Assembly (NCBI GenBank): GCA_029938465.1 | Contig: JAOZUW010000001.1 | Location: 1,426 to 58,379 of the forward strand | Direction: 5' to 3' | Length of the DNA stretch: 56,954 bases | From: Bacteroidales bacterium | Lineage (GTDB): Bacteria; Bacteroidota; Bacteroidia; Bacteroidales; UBA12170 | Shown here: piece by piece, positions 20,211-30,854 of the stretch | Layout of the letters: each line of letters begins with the position of its first letter | Position numbering within the stretch: position 1 is the stretch's first letter | The notes under the pieces: model-generated | The model's database searches: none | The model's input: the letters and a program-made list of their open reading frames with translations, nothing else | Told to the model about the DNA's origin: nothing | Program-made: the position numbers and the translations under genes

Positions 20211-23200
20211 TTACTCACTCAAATAACTACTCAACTCTTGATACAACTTATTAAAATCATCAAGTGTTTTTTCAGTGTTTTTAGTATCTGCGCTATCAGA
20301 ATATGATTTTAGTTTTTTCGCATACAAGGAGATTAATTTAATATGGTATGTTTCTCCTATTCTGGCTACACTTTCACTAAAATCAACTACAGTTTTCTCC
20401 ATACGGTTTAACTTAATATATTCTAGAGAAGGAATCAATTCCTCTAATTCTTGCAGTGCACCGTGTAAATCAACAATACGGATATTCTCAAATCCGCTAT
20501 CTTCAATCTCAAGGTTTTTATCTTCTTCTAGTATATCCTTATCAGGATAGTTTACAATATGTTCTGTCAACACTTTAAATAATTCATCCATATGAACAGG
20601 CTTCATCAAAAAGGCACTAAACCCCAACTCTTCATAATTCACCTTTTTATCGTACGAAACACTTGCTGTAAAAGCTACAAGTGGAATTTTTGAAGTACTT
20701 GAATCACTTTTTAATTTTTCAGCAGCTTCAATACCTCCCATAATAGGCATACGAATATCGAGTAAAATAATAGATGGCACATACTCTTTTGCTTTTTCAA
20801 TAGCTTCACGCCCATTTCCTGCTTCAAGTATTTGTGCACCCGAAGGTCGTAAAAACTCTCTGATTAATCGTCTGTTAGCACGACTATCATCCACAACAAG
20901 AATTGTAGACGATTTTAAATCAATATTTCTTGATGGACTAAGCTCTTTTTTTATCTTCGGTTTCAATTCTTTATCTGCCACCAATACATCATTCAAGTAT
21001 AAATTAAAAATTGTTCCAAAACCCACTTTACTCGACAGCTTAATGCGTCCACCCATCAGCTCCATTAAGCGTTTACTAATCGTTAAACCTAAACCTGTTC
21101 CTCCATATTCAGAGAAAACTTGTCCATCTTGCTGTTGGAAGGCATCAAAGATAATATCTTGTTGCTCTTGTGGAATTCCTATTCCTGTATCTATAATTTC
21201 TATTAAAAGATTTACATTATGAGTAGCAATAGGAGCAGCAACTCTTTTTATATTTATGGTAATGCTTCCTTTTTCAGTAAATTTAATAGCATTGCTTATA
21301 ATATTTACAAAGATTTGTTTTAATCTGATTTCACTAAGGATTAAAAAATCAGGAATATCTTCATCAATATTAGTATGGAATAACAGATTCTTTTCCGTGA
21401 ATTTTATTAAAAATATTTGCTGTATCTCTTCTACAAAACGGCTGATATTCACGGCTTGATATTCTATTTCAAATTTCCCAGCTTCAATTTTTGATAGATC
21501 TAATATATCATTGATAAGAACCAAAAGGCTTCTTCCACTACTCTTCATACTTTCGAGATAATGTCGTTGCTTTGTGTCTCTAATGATAGATAACAAAAGG
21601 TCAGTAAATCCAATAATTGAATTCATTGGTGTTCTTATTTCATGGCTCATATTTGCCAAAAAATCACTCTTGGCTTTATTCGCATTATCAGCTTGTTCTA
21701 CTGCATTTTTTCGATCTTCAATTTCTTGTATTAATTGTTTATTAGACTCCTTTAATTGACTGGTTTGTACTGTCACCTGACGTTCAAGTAGAATCTTTAT
21801 AGTATTTATTCTCCTCACACGTAAAAAAACAGTAATTGCTATTAATAAAACAAAACCAAAAGAAATAAGAAATAAGAACCAAGCTTCTTTATAAAGTGGA
21901 GATTTAATACTAATATGCAATTCTAATAATTCAGGATTCCAGATTCCATCATAATTTGTTGAAGTAAGCTGAAAAGTATAATGTCCACTTGGCAGGTTCA
22001 AATAAGATATGTAATTGGCTTTTCTGCTATAAACCCATTTATCTTCTATGCCTAACAAACGATATTTAAATTCGATTTGCTCAGGATGTTCTAGTTCGAT
22101 AGCTAAAAACTCTATACCTATAAAATTCTCTTGATAAGCTAGCGAAATTTTTGATTCATCATAAAACTCATGTATTCTTTCAGGCTTATTAGTATATAAA
22201 ACAGATTTATTATATACTTGAAAATCAGAAAATTTTATTTTTGGGAATTTCTTTTCTAAAACAATATCTTTGGGATGAAAGCTTATAATACCATCTTCTG
22301 TACCAAAATACAAATACCCATCTTGATTTATTGTGGCAGAACGACGACTAAACACATTTCCTTTCAATCCCTGATTAAAACCAAAAAAATTCGCTTGAGA
22401 ATCCATGGTTTCAATTTTAATTAAACCACTATTTATAGCCACCCATAAATTCTCTTCAGTATCTTCTATTATGGAATATATACTAGCTGATTTTAATTGT
22501 TTTGCTTTTTGATATTGAATAAATTTATTAAAGTTTCTATCATAATAATACAAGCCATCATCAATAGTTCCAACCCACATTATACCAGAATTGTCTTCAA
22601 AAAAACAAGAAATATTATTTCCACCGATGGAGTACATATTGCTTATACTGTGCGAAAAATGAATACTTTCTTTAGAAATGGAATTATAAATCCATAATCC
22701 GCCTCCCTCAGTTCCAATCCATATTTTTTCACGATAATCTTCTATAATACTGATAACTGGATAATTGGTTATAATAGAATCAACTATAATATTATTATCA
22801 TAACAATAGGCTCCTTTAGAATTATATAGCCATCTGTTATTTGCATGATCAACAAAGGTTCCAGTATAATTCACCACCTCATTAAACCAATCACATTTTT
22901 TTATGCTGTTTTTTTTACTTTCATCACAAATTTCCAGACTAAAAATTCCTTGCCTTGCACTTCCAAAATTAATTCTCGTATCGTGATAATACAAATTAGT
23001 CTGATTACAATCTTTCAATGTAAATTTGCTATTTACCACATCGGATAATTCTTTTACATAGTCTCCATTTTTATCGAAAACTAAAATTCCGCTTCCTAGA
23101 CTACCAACCCATAACCTATCCAGACAATCCGTTTCTAAACAACTTATAGGTGTTCCTATAATTTTTTCATTATTAATATCAAAATTCGGATTTGTAAACC

Positions 23201-24353
23201 GATCTTTTCTGTTTTTTAGATGTAACAAACCATTATTATGAGTAGCCACCCATATACTCCCTGCGGGTGACTGTACAACATTATTAATTCTTTTAGCAAT
23301 AACACCATTGGAAATGTTATTGTATCTAATAATATCATATTTGGCTTTGCTTAAATCAATCTCATTTAAACCATTTTTTGTAGAAACCCATAATTTGTTA
23401 TCTCTATCAACATATAAATCATTGACAAAGTTATTGCTTAAAGATTGTATATCATTATAATTATAAACAAAATCCATCCTACTTTGGGTAGGTGGATTAT
23501 AACGACTTAATCCTGCTCCAGAAGTACCCATCCAAATATAACCCGCATGATCTTCAATAATACAATTTACACTATTTGATAATAATACGTTTTTTTTATT
23601 TCTCTGATTAATAATACTTCTGAAAGTGTTTTCTTTCAAATTGTATACACTAACACCATTTTCTGTTGCTATCCAATAATCACCTGTTTCATCTTGACAT
23701 ATATCACGAACATTATTATTAATCAAACTATTGGAATTATTTTCTTGATGTTTAAAATACTGCTGTTGTAGAGTCTTTTGGTTAATATATAACAATCCAC
23801 TGCCCTTTAAACCTATCCATAAATTTTCATCCAAATCATGAAAAATAAATGTAAATGAATTCTTTAATTCCAAAGAATCACCAGGTATTGTTATGTGATA
23901 AATATTCACATCATGCTCTACCTTACTATAAAAATATAGTTTCCCATCATTTCCAGAGAACCAGATTCTATCCTTTGTTTGACATAGATGACGAGCATCC
24001 ATTCCAAAACCTTCATTATCAGTATCCGAAAAAGAAAATATCTTAGAATGCTTTCCATCAAATCGTGCTAGTCCTTTTGGAGTGGCCATCCATAAAAAAC
24101 CCTCTTCATCAATATCTATTTCATAAATATAATTTGAAGGTAAACCGTAATTAGTAGTTAAATGCTTATTAAATGGGTAACGATTACTTTGTTGTGCTAC
24201 AACAGGAATATACAAAAACCATAACAAAACAAATAAAAACACACACCCCTTTAATTGTTTTTCAAATGGCCAAAAAATATTTAATCTATACTTATGGATA
24301 AAAAGATGCATCATGTAAAAAAGGCTAGAAAAAAATCTAAATCTATCAAACAA
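20211..24353 (-). CDS. Hybrid sensor histidine kinase: beta-propeller sensor, Y_Y_Y, TM, HisKA, HATPase, receiver (likely start ATG near 24314)
   Basis: Repeated D..G.WI.T..GL propeller units, [27 protein letters not shown]. The TTG start overlaps a TATCTTTG promoter element at 24358-24351. Confidence 0.93.
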   Translation of the reverse strand: MFDRFRFFSSLFYMMHLFIHKYRLNIFWPFEKQLKGCVFLFVLLWFLYIPVVAQQSNRYPFNKHLTTNYGLPSNYIYEIDIDEEGFLWMATPKGLARFDGKHSKIFSFSDTDNEGFGMDARHLCQTKDRIWFSGNDGKLYFYSKVEHDVNIYHITIPGDSLELKNSFTFIFHDLDENLWIGLKGSGLLYINQKTLQQQYFKHQENNSNSLINNNVRDICQDETGDYWIATENGVSVYNLKENTFRSIINQRNKKNVLLSNSVNCIIEDHAGYIWMGTSGAGLSRYNPPTQSRMDFVYNYNDIQSLSNNFVNDLYVDRDNKLWVSTKNGLNEIDLSKAKYDIIRYNNISNGVIAKRINNVVQSPAGSIWVATHNNGLLHLKNRKDRFTNPNFDINNEKIIGTPISCLETDCLDRLWVGSLGSGILVFDKNGDYVKELSDVVNSKFTLKDCNQTNLYYHDTRINFGSARQGIFSLEICDESKKNSIKKCDWFNEVVNYTGTFVDHANNRWLYNSKGAYCYDNNIIVDSIITNYPVISIIEDYREKIWIGTEGGGLWIYNSISKESIHFSHSISNMYSIGGNNISCFFEDNSGIMWVGTIDDGLYYYDRNFNKFIQYQKAKQLKSASIYSIIEDTEENLWVAINSGLIKIETMDSQANFFGFNQGLKGNVFSRRSATINQDGYLYFGTEDGIISFHPKDIVLEKKFPKIKFSDFQVYNKSVLYTNKPERIHEFYDESKISLAYQENFIGIEFLAIELEHPEQIEFKYRLLGIEDKWVYSRKANYISYLNLPSGHYTFQLTSTNYDGIWNPELLELHISIKSPLYKEAWFLFLISFGFVLLIAITVFLRVRRINTIKILLERQVTVQTSQLKESNKQLIQEIEDRKNAVEQADNANKAKSDFLANMSHEIRTPMNSIIGFTDLLLSIIRDTKQRHYLESMKSSGRSLLVLINDILDLSKIEAGKFEIEYQAVNISRFVEEIQQIFLIKFTEKNLLFHTNIDEDIPDFLILSEIRLKQIFVNIISNAIKFTEKGSITINIKRVAAPIATHNVNLLIEIIDTGIGIPQEQQDIIFDAFQQQDGQVFSEYGGTGLGLTISKRLMELMGGRIKLSSKVGFGTIFNLYLNDVLVADKELKPKIKKELSPSRNIDLKSSTILVVDDSRANRRLIREFLRPSGAQILEAGNGREAIEKAKEYVPSIILLDIRMPIMGGIEAAEKLKSDSSTSKIPLVAFTASVSYDKKVNYEELGFSAFLMKPVHMDELFKVLTEHIVNYPDKDILEEDKNLEIEDSGFENIRIVDLHGALQELEELIPSLEYIKLNRMEKTVVDFSESVARIGETYHIKLISLYAKKLKSYSDSADTKNTEKTLDDFNKLYQELSSYLSE

Positions 24354-24447
24354 AGATAATATTTTCTATGTATTGTCAAAATACTTATAAGAATGTAGTT
24401 TAATGCATTTTACGCTTGACAAATTCTAAATCTCTACCTTGTGTTTA

Positions 24448-25272
24448 TTACAAACTCAACTTAGTTTGAATTAACTTCACCTCATTTTGTAATGATTTTA
24501 AACTCTGTGTTAACACCTCTGTTTTCATCTCATTAGATTCTGGAATTTCGTTACTTATATAATTTACAAAACGCCACACTTCCTTTACCTGCTGTATTTC
24601 AATATCATAAGGACTAAAAAGAGGATTTAATGAATGAAGAATCATTTTGTTTGCGTATTTTATTTTATTCTCTACCACTTTAAAAACAATCCCATCATCC
24701 AATGTTAAAATAATATAAGCTTGTTTGCTTTTAATATGCATCCAATTTTGCACAAATTCACCAGTTACATAAGCACCATCAGGAATTGGAAGCATGGAGT
24801 CGCCACTAATTTGAAAACTTCTATATTTTTTTTGCTTTGATAAAAAAGGTAACCGAAATGTAGGTAAAACTTTAATGTATTCTGGATCGGCAAACCCATT
24901 TGCGTAACCAGCTTTTGCCTTTTCAGGAACTAATTCTATGTTTTCTTCATCATCGCTATTAACAGTGGTTACCAAAACCCTCAGTTTACTTCCTTTTAAA
25001 TACACATCGTATCCTCGCTCTATTTGGTTGATCTGGCTCTCAGGTAAGTTACTCAAATCAATTTTTATCAAACTATCAATGGCTACATTAAAATAATTAG
25101 AAAAATTTACTAATGCCACCATATTGGGCTGTGCCACCTCATTCTCATAACCACTTAAAGTAGAGCGTTTCATTTGGAGTTGCTGTGCCATCTCTTCTTG
25201 CGTACTGCGTCTTCGATTTCTTAAAAGCTTGATATTCTTACTAAATATTGTCATCCTGTTTTTTTTATTCAA
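24448..25272 (-). CDS. XRE-HTH plus peptidase S24 (LexA/cI-like) repressor (likely start ATG at 25254)
   Basis: TQEEMAQQLQMKRSTLSGYE HTH, Ala-Gly site KAGY, catalytic Ser in GDSM and Lys in VFKVV. Confidence 0.9.
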   Translation of the reverse strand: MNKKNRMTIFSKNIKLLRNRRRSTQEEMAQQLQMKRSTLSGYENEVAQPNMVALVNFSNYFNVAIDSLIKIDLSNLPESQINQIERGYDVYLKGSKLRVLVTTVNSDDEENIELVPEKAKAGYANGFADPEYIKVLPTFRLPFLSKQKKYRSFQISGDSMLPIPDGAYVTGEFVQNWMHIKSKQAYIILTLDDGIVFKVVENKIKYANKMILHSLNPLFSPYDIEIQQVKEVWRFVNYISNEIPESNEMKTEVLTQSLKSLQNEVKLIQTKLSL

Positions 25273-25310
25273 ATCTTACTATTCATAAATAATGATTATA
25301 TTACAAGCAA

Positions 25311-25337
25311 ATCTTTGATTAATTATTAATCAAAGAT
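25311..25337. promoter_or_regulatory. 13-bp perfect inverted repeat, candidate operator between the repressor and dinB
   Basis: ATCTTTGATTAAT-T-ATTAATCAAAGAT; overlaps the minus-strand -7 element TATCTTTG (25338-25331). Confidence 0.7.
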
Positions 25338-25434
25338 ACATCTTTTTCTTTAGGGAGCTTCTAATAATTTATTCACATCAAGAAATCAATTAATAAAAGC
25401 CCCTCTTTATATAAATATCTTTTTAAAAAAATTT

Positions 25435-26595
25435 ATGATTTCAATATCAGAAAACAGAACCATAGTACATTTAGATTTAGATAGTTTTTTTGTTTCGGTG
25501 GAACGATTAACAAACAATAAGCTAAACGGCTTACCCATTATCATAGGTGGTACTTCGGGACGAGGCGTGGTAAGTTCTTGCAGTTACGAAGCACGAAGTT
25601 TTGGTATACACTCGGCCATGCCTATGAAAATGGCACAACGTTTATGTAAAGATGCCATAATTATTAGGGGCGACATGGATAATTATAGCAAATATTCTCG
25701 TTTGGTTACCGATGTTATAGCTGATAATGCTCCTCTATATGAAAAAGCCTCCATTGATGAGCACTATCTCGATATCACAGGAATGGACAAGTTCTTCGGC
25801 TCCTACAAATGGAGTCATGAACTACGACAACGTATTATTAAAGAAACAGGACTACCCATTTCTTTTGGTTTATCAGTAAATAAAACTGTAGCTAAAATAG
25901 CAACAGGAGAGGCTAAACCCAACGGAGAACTTCAGGTAAGTCAGGGCGAGATAAAGCCCTTTATGTTTCCTTTATCTATTCAAAAAATCCCTATGATTGG
26001 ACAAAAAACTTACCATTTACTCCGATCTATGGGTGTTGCTACCATAGAAACTTTAAGTCGGATACCTCCTGAAATGATGACTCAAGTATTAGGGAAAAGT
26101 GGAACTATTATTTGGAAAAAAGCTAACGGAATAGATCATACTCCTGTAGAAACCTATAGCGAACGAAAAAGCATGAGTAGCGAACATACTTTTCAAAAAG
26201 ACACCATTGATGTAAAGCGTTTACGTTTGCTAATAATCTCTATGGTAGAAAAATTGGCTTTTCAGTTGCGAAAAAAACAAAAACTAACGGGACTTATAAC
26301 AGTAAAAATTCGCTATTCCAATTTCGATACACACACTCAACAAAAACAAATACCTTACACCTCTTTTGATCATATACTTATGGATATTGCCACTGAAATA
26401 TTTGACAAATTATACAATAGGCGTATGCTTATCAGGCTTATTGGAGTCAAATTAGGAGATTTAGTTTATGGTGTACAACAGCTCAATTTATTCGAAGACA
26501 CACCCGAAATGATTCATCTTTATCAAGCTATGGATCAAGTTCGTATAAAATATGGTAAATATGCCATACAACGAGCTTCCTCCTTAAGGCCTTGA
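25435..26595 (+). CDS. dinB: DNA polymerase IV (Y family)
   Basis: HLDLDSFFVSVE, SYEAR, SIDE, AKIATGEAKPNG; clamp-binding motif QLNLF. Confidence 0.95.
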   Translation: MISISENRTIVHLDLDSFFVSVERLTNNKLNGLPIIIGGTSGRGVVSSCSYEARSFGIHSAMPMKMAQRLCKDAIIIRGDMDNYSKYSRLVTDVIADNAPLYEKASIDEHYLDITGMDKFFGSYKWSHELRQRIIKETGLPISFGLSVNKTVAKIATGEAKPNGELQVSQGEIKPFMFPLSIQKIPMIGQKTYHLLRSMGVATIETLSRIPPEMMTQVLGKSGTIIWKKANGIDHTPVETYSERKSMSSEHTFQKDTIDVKRLRLLIISMVEKLAFQLRKKQKLTGLITVKIRYSNFDTHTQQKQIPYTSFDHILMDIATEIFDKLYNRRMLIRLIGVKLGDLVYGVQQLNLFEDTPEMIHLYQAMDQVRIKYGKYAIQRASSLRP

Positions 26596-26652
26596 CACTA
26601 ATAAATCTAAAATAATCACTGTTAACAAACTAACATGAGTTTTTTTAATAAA

Positions 26653-26703
26653 TACTATGCATGCAAAGCTTTTTTTGTGTAAATTTGCAATGCATGCATA
26701 GTA
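26653..26703 (+). promoter_or_regulatory. Two MarR operator-like palindromes flanking the -7 element TAAATTTG (26680-26687)
   Basis: TACTATGCATGCAAAGCT (26653-26670) and TGCAATGCATGCATAGTA (26686-26703); merged consensus is the palindrome TACTATGCATGCATAGTA. Confidence 0.8.
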
Positions 26704-26712
26704 ATATTAATT

Positions 26713-27162
26713 ATGAATATAGAACATACAGTTGATTATCAAGTACGTGCCACACTTTTTTCTATGGCTAGGATGTACAATTTGAAAGCACAAGAATATG
26801 GTATAACTCAAGGGATTGGTTATGTTTTAATCATTATTCCACGAGAAGGTATCCCTGCCACAAGTATTGCTCCTATAATGGGTATGGGCAGCTCCAGCCT
26901 TAGCCGACTATTAAAAGGTATGGAAAAAAACGGATATATTTTTCGCAAAACAAGCAAAAAAGACAAACGCGTAAGTAACGTTTTTTTAACACAAGAAGGA
27001 GTTAAACTCAGGAGAAAAACAAAAAATCTCGTGGTGAAGTTTAATGAAAGAATTGCAGAAAAAATCGCTCCTGAAGAGCTCCTTATATTTAATAAGGTAT
27101 CATCTGAAATAAGAAATCAAATAGATAATGATATAAAAAGTCATTTGAAAAAAGATAAATAA
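26713..27162 (+). CDS. MarR family regulator of the beta-oxidation operon
   Basis: SSLSRLLKGMEKNGYIFR...DKRVSNVFLTQEG winged helix. Confidence 0.92.
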   Translation: MNIEHTVDYQVRATLFSMARMYNLKAQEYGITQGIGYVLIIIPREGIPATSIAPIMGMGSSSLSRLLKGMEKNGYIFRKTSKKDKRVSNVFLTQEGVKLRRKTKNLVVKFNERIAEKIAPEELLIFNKVSSEIRNQIDNDIKSHLKKDK

Positions 27163-27192
27163 ATCAATTAAAAACTAAATACCTATCAGATA

Positions 27193-29595
27193 ATGAAAAG
27201 ACGTATAAAAAAAGTGGCCGTTCTCGGCTCTGGAGTCATGGGCTCTGGAATTGCTTGTCATTTCGCAAATATAGGTGCCGAAGTCTTATTGTTAGACATA
27301 GTGCCTCGTGAGCTTAACGATAAAGAAAAAGCAAAAGGACTCAGCCTAGAAGACAAGGCAGTACGTAACCGAATGGTTAACGACTCCCTTAAAGCTTCTC
27401 TAAAATCAAAACCCTCCCCCATATACCGACAAAGTTTTGCAAAAAGAATTTCTACAGGAAACTTCGATGATGATTTCGAAAAAATCAAAGATTTTGATTG
27501 GGTAATCGAAGTGGTGATTGAGCGATTGGACATCAAACAACAAGTATTTGAAAAAGTTGACAAGTTCCGTAAACTAGGTGCATTAGTTACTACTAATACA
27601 TCAGGCATTTCTGTAGAAGCCATGATTGAAGGCAGAAGTACTGATTTTCAAGAAAACTTCTGCGGAACACACTTCTTCAACCCTCCTCGATACCTACAAT
27701 TATTTGAAATTATTCCAACATCAAAAACCAAAAAAGATGTTTTAGATTTCCTAACAGATTATGCTGACAAATACTTAGGAAAAACACCTGTTTTGGCTAA
27801 AGATACTCCAGCATTTATCGCCAACAGAGTGGGGACATTCTCTATTATGGAGCTTTTTAATAATGTAAAAAACTTAGGTTTAAACATTACAGAGCTTGAT
27901 AAACTTACCGGACCTATAATTGGACGGGCTAAATCTGCTACTTTCCGTACAGCTGATATTGTAGGATTAGATACATTAGTTCATGTAGCTAATGGTATTA
28001 AAGAATCCACAAAAGATGAAGTTAACCATTTGTTTGCTATTCCTGATTATCTACAAAAAATGCTGGATAACAAATGGCTAGGATCTAAAACAAAACAAGG
28101 TTTTTATAAAAAAGAAGTAGTTGATGGTAAAAAAGTATTCAAAACACTGAACTTTGAAACCATGGAATACGAGCCAAATAGTAAGCCTCGATTCAGCATT
28201 TTTGAGAAAACAAAAGGAATAGACAGTGTTAAAGAAAGAATGCCTATCCTCCTTGCTGATGATGGAAAAGTTGGAGATTTTTACCGCAAATCTTTCTATA
28301 GCCTTTTTCAATTTGTAAGCAATAGAATTCCTGAAATTTCAGATGATATTTACAAAGTTGATGATGGTTTAAATGCTGGATTTGGTTGGAAACTAGGTCC
28401 ATTTGAAACCTGGGATGCTGTAAATGTTGCTGAAACAGTAAAAGCTATGGAAGAAGCTGATAAAAAGCCTGCACAATGGATTTACGAAATGCTATCTGCT
28501 GGTATTACTTCTTTCTATCAAATTAAAGATGGCATTAAATATTGCTATGATGTAAATACAAAAGCATACCAAGAAATTCCAGGTCAAAGCGGTAAACTCT
28601 CCCTAGAGGTTCTGCGTGCATCAAACGTATTATGGGAAAATGATGACCTTACCATTTTCGACCTTGGTGACGAGATACTCAATGTTGAATTCCATACAAA
28701 AATGAATACCATTGGACAAGGTGTGCTAGAAGGACTAAACAAAGCTATGGATATGGCTGAAGCCGATTATGCCGGAGTTGTTATTTCGAATGAAGGTGAA
28801 CACTTTTCTGCTGGAGCTAATGTAGGCATGATATATATGCTAGCTATTGAGCAAGAATGGGAAGAATTAGATATGGCAATTCAGTGGTTTCAAAAAACCA
28901 TGATGCGAATGCGATATTCTTCAATACCTGTAATTGCTGCTCCTCACGGAATGGCACTTGGTGGTGGTTGTGAAGTATGTATGCACACCGATAAAGTGGT
29001 AGCTCATGCAGAATTATATATGGGATTAGTAGAATTTGGTGTTGGTTTAATACCAGGTGGTGGTGGAACCAAGGAATTTGCACTACGCTTAGGCGATGAA
29101 TTGAAAAATGGCGACATACGTACCAATACCTTCCTCAATCGCTACTTAAGTATTGGGCAAGCTAAAGTTTCTATGTCAGCTTACGAAGCCTTTGATCTGG
29201 GATACCTTAGAGAAGGCATAGACGAAGTAATTGTTAGCAGAGCTCATCATTTAGCTCAAGCAAAAAAAGCTGCCTTAAATATGGTTGAAAAAGGATATAC
29301 ACAACCTGCACCTCGAAACAATATTAAAGTTTTAGGTAAAGAAGCTCTAGGCTTGGTTTATGTTGGTGCTGATGGATTTACTACTGGTAATTATATGTCG
29401 GAACACGACAAACTAATAGCCGAAAAATTAGGTTATGTAATGGCAGGTGGTGCTATCTCTAGTCCATTAACAGAAGTATCTGAACAATACTTACTGGATC
29501 TAGAAAGAAGAGCATTCTTAGAATTATGCACACAACGCAAAACTCTGGAACGCATCCAAAGCATCATTACCAAAGGTAAAATACTGAGAAATTAA
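27193..29595 (+). CDS. fadN: 3-hydroxyacyl-CoA dehydrogenase/enoyl-CoA hydratase (FadN-type)
   Basis: GSGVMGSGIA Rossmann motif, HFFNPPRY, C-terminal crotonase FSAGAN / LGGGCE / GLVEFGVGLIPGGGG. Confidence 0.92.
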   Translation: MKRRIKKVAVLGSGVMGSGIACHFANIGAEVLLLDIVPRELNDKEKAKGLSLEDKAVRNRMVNDSLKASLKSKPSPIYRQSFAKRISTGNFDDDFEKIKDFDWVIEVVIERLDIKQQVFEKVDKFRKLGALVTTNTSGISVEAMIEGRSTDFQENFCGTHFFNPPRYLQLFEIIPTSKTKKDVLDFLTDYADKYLGKTPVLAKDTPAFIANRVGTFSIMELFNNVKNLGLNITELDKLTGPIIGRAKSATFRTADIVGLDTLVHVANGIKESTKDEVNHLFAIPDYLQKMLDNKWLGSKTKQGFYKKEVVDGKKVFKTLNFETMEYEPNSKPRFSIFEKTKGIDSVKERMPILLADDGKVGDFYRKSFYSLFQFVSNRIPEISDDIYKVDDGLNAGFGWKLGPFETWDAVNVAETVKAMEEADKKPAQWIYEMLSAGITSFYQIKDGIKYCYDVNTKAYQEIPGQSGKLSLEVLRASNVLWENDDLTIFDLGDEILNVEFHTKMNTIGQGVLEGLNKAMDMAEADYAGVVISNEGEHFSAGANVGMIYMLAIEQEWEELDMAIQWFQKTMMRMRYSSIPVIAAPHGMALGGGCEVCMHTDKVVAHAELYMGLVEFGVGLIPGGGGTKEFALRLGDELKNGDIRTNTFLNRYLSIGQAKVSMSAYEAFDLGYLREGIDEVIVSRAHHLAQAKKAALNMVEKGYTQPAPRNNIKVLGKEALGLVYVGADGFTTGNYMSEHDKLIAEKLGYVMAGGAISSPLTEVSEQYLLDLERRAFLELCTQRKTLERIQSIITKGKILRN

Positions 29596-29625
29596 TCGCT
29601 TTTTAAACTTAAAAATTTGACAATT

Positions 29626-30798
29626 ATGAATGCATATATAGTAGGCGGTTATCGATCAGCCATTGGCAAAGCTCCACGTGGAAGTTTTCGCTTTATGCGC
29701 CCTGACGATATAGCTGCAAAGGTAATCCAACATTTAATGAAGGATTTTCCTCAAATCGACAAAACAAAAATTGATGATATAGTAGTAGGCAATGCCTTTC
29801 CTGAAGCTGAATCAGGCTTTAATTTAGGACGTATGCTCTCTCTAATGAGTATGGAAACAGATGCTGTTCCCGGCTCTACAATTAACAGATATTGCGCCTC
29901 TGGGCTTGAATCGATCGCCATTGCATCGGCAAAAATAGATGCTGGTATCGCTGATATGATTATCGCTGGTGGTGCCGAAACCATGAGTATGATTTCTATG
30001 GGTGGTTGGCGACAAGTACCTAATCCTGACATTGCTATGGAGAACCCTAAATGGTATATAAGCATGGGATTAACCTCTGAAATGGTTGCCAAAGAATATA
30101 ATATTTCTCGCGAAGATCAAGATGAATTTGCTGCTAATAGTGTTAACAAAGCTTTAAACGCTATTGATAATGGTTACTTTGATGATCAAATTGTTCCTAT
30201 CACCATAAAAGAAAACTACTATGCTGATGGCAAAATGAAAGAAAAAGAAACTGTAATGAAAATGGATGAAGGTCCAAGAAGAGGAACCACAGCCAAAGGT
30301 TTATCAAAATTGAAACCAGCATTTGCTGCTGATGGAACATCTACCGCAGGTAATTCAAGTCAAATGAGTGATGGAGCTGCTTTCGTTTTAGTAGTTTCTG
30401 AGAAAGCATTAAAAGAGTATAATCTTACTCCAATTGCTCGACTAGTGGATTATCAAGTGGCAGGAGTTGACCCAAAAGTAATGGGTGTTGGTCCTATCAA
30501 AGCTATTCCAAAAGTACTGGAACATGCCAATATGAAAATGGAAGATATTGATCTTTTTGAACTTAATGAAGCTTTTGCTACTCAATCACTTGCTGTTATC
30601 CGTAAACTAGGATTAGACACTACAAAAGTAAATGTAAATGGAGGTGCTATTGCTTTAGGTCACCCACTAGGAGCTACTGGTGGAAAACTAACTGTACAAC
30701 TACTAAACGAACTTAAAAGACAAAATAAAAAGTTTGGCATGGTTACTATGTGTATTGGTACAGGACAGGGTGCAGCAGGTATTTTCGAAATGCTCTAG
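29626..30798 (+). CDS. fadA: Acetyl-CoA C-acyltransferase (thiolase)
   Basis: [26 protein letters not shown]; ATG at 29626 preferred over TTG at 29617. Confidence 0.95.
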   Translation: MNAYIVGGYRSAIGKAPRGSFRFMRPDDIAAKVIQHLMKDFPQIDKTKIDDIVVGNAFPEAESGFNLGRMLSLMSMETDAVPGSTINRYCASGLESIAIASAKIDAGIADMIIAGGAETMSMISMGGWRQVPNPDIAMENPKWYISMGLTSEMVAKEYNISREDQDEFAANSVNKALNAIDNGYFDDQIVPITIKENYYADGKMKEKETVMKMDEGPRRGTTAKGLSKLKPAFAADGTSTAGNSSQMSDGAAFVLVVSEKALKEYNLTPIARLVDYQVAGVDPKVMGVGPIKAIPKVLEHANMKMEDIDLFELNEAFATQSLAVIRKLGLDTTKVNVNGGAIALGHPLGATGGKLTVQLLNELKRQNKKFGMVTMCIGTGQGAAGIFEML

Positions 30799-30854
30799 CT
30801 ATCGGTTAAGTGCCTGAAATAAGAACTAATGATAATAATAAAAAACTAAAAATA

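Noticed and set aside
24448-25272. Prophage repressor marking a prophage
   Set aside because: No integrase, structural or replication phage genes nearby; the dinB context fits an SOS-type role.
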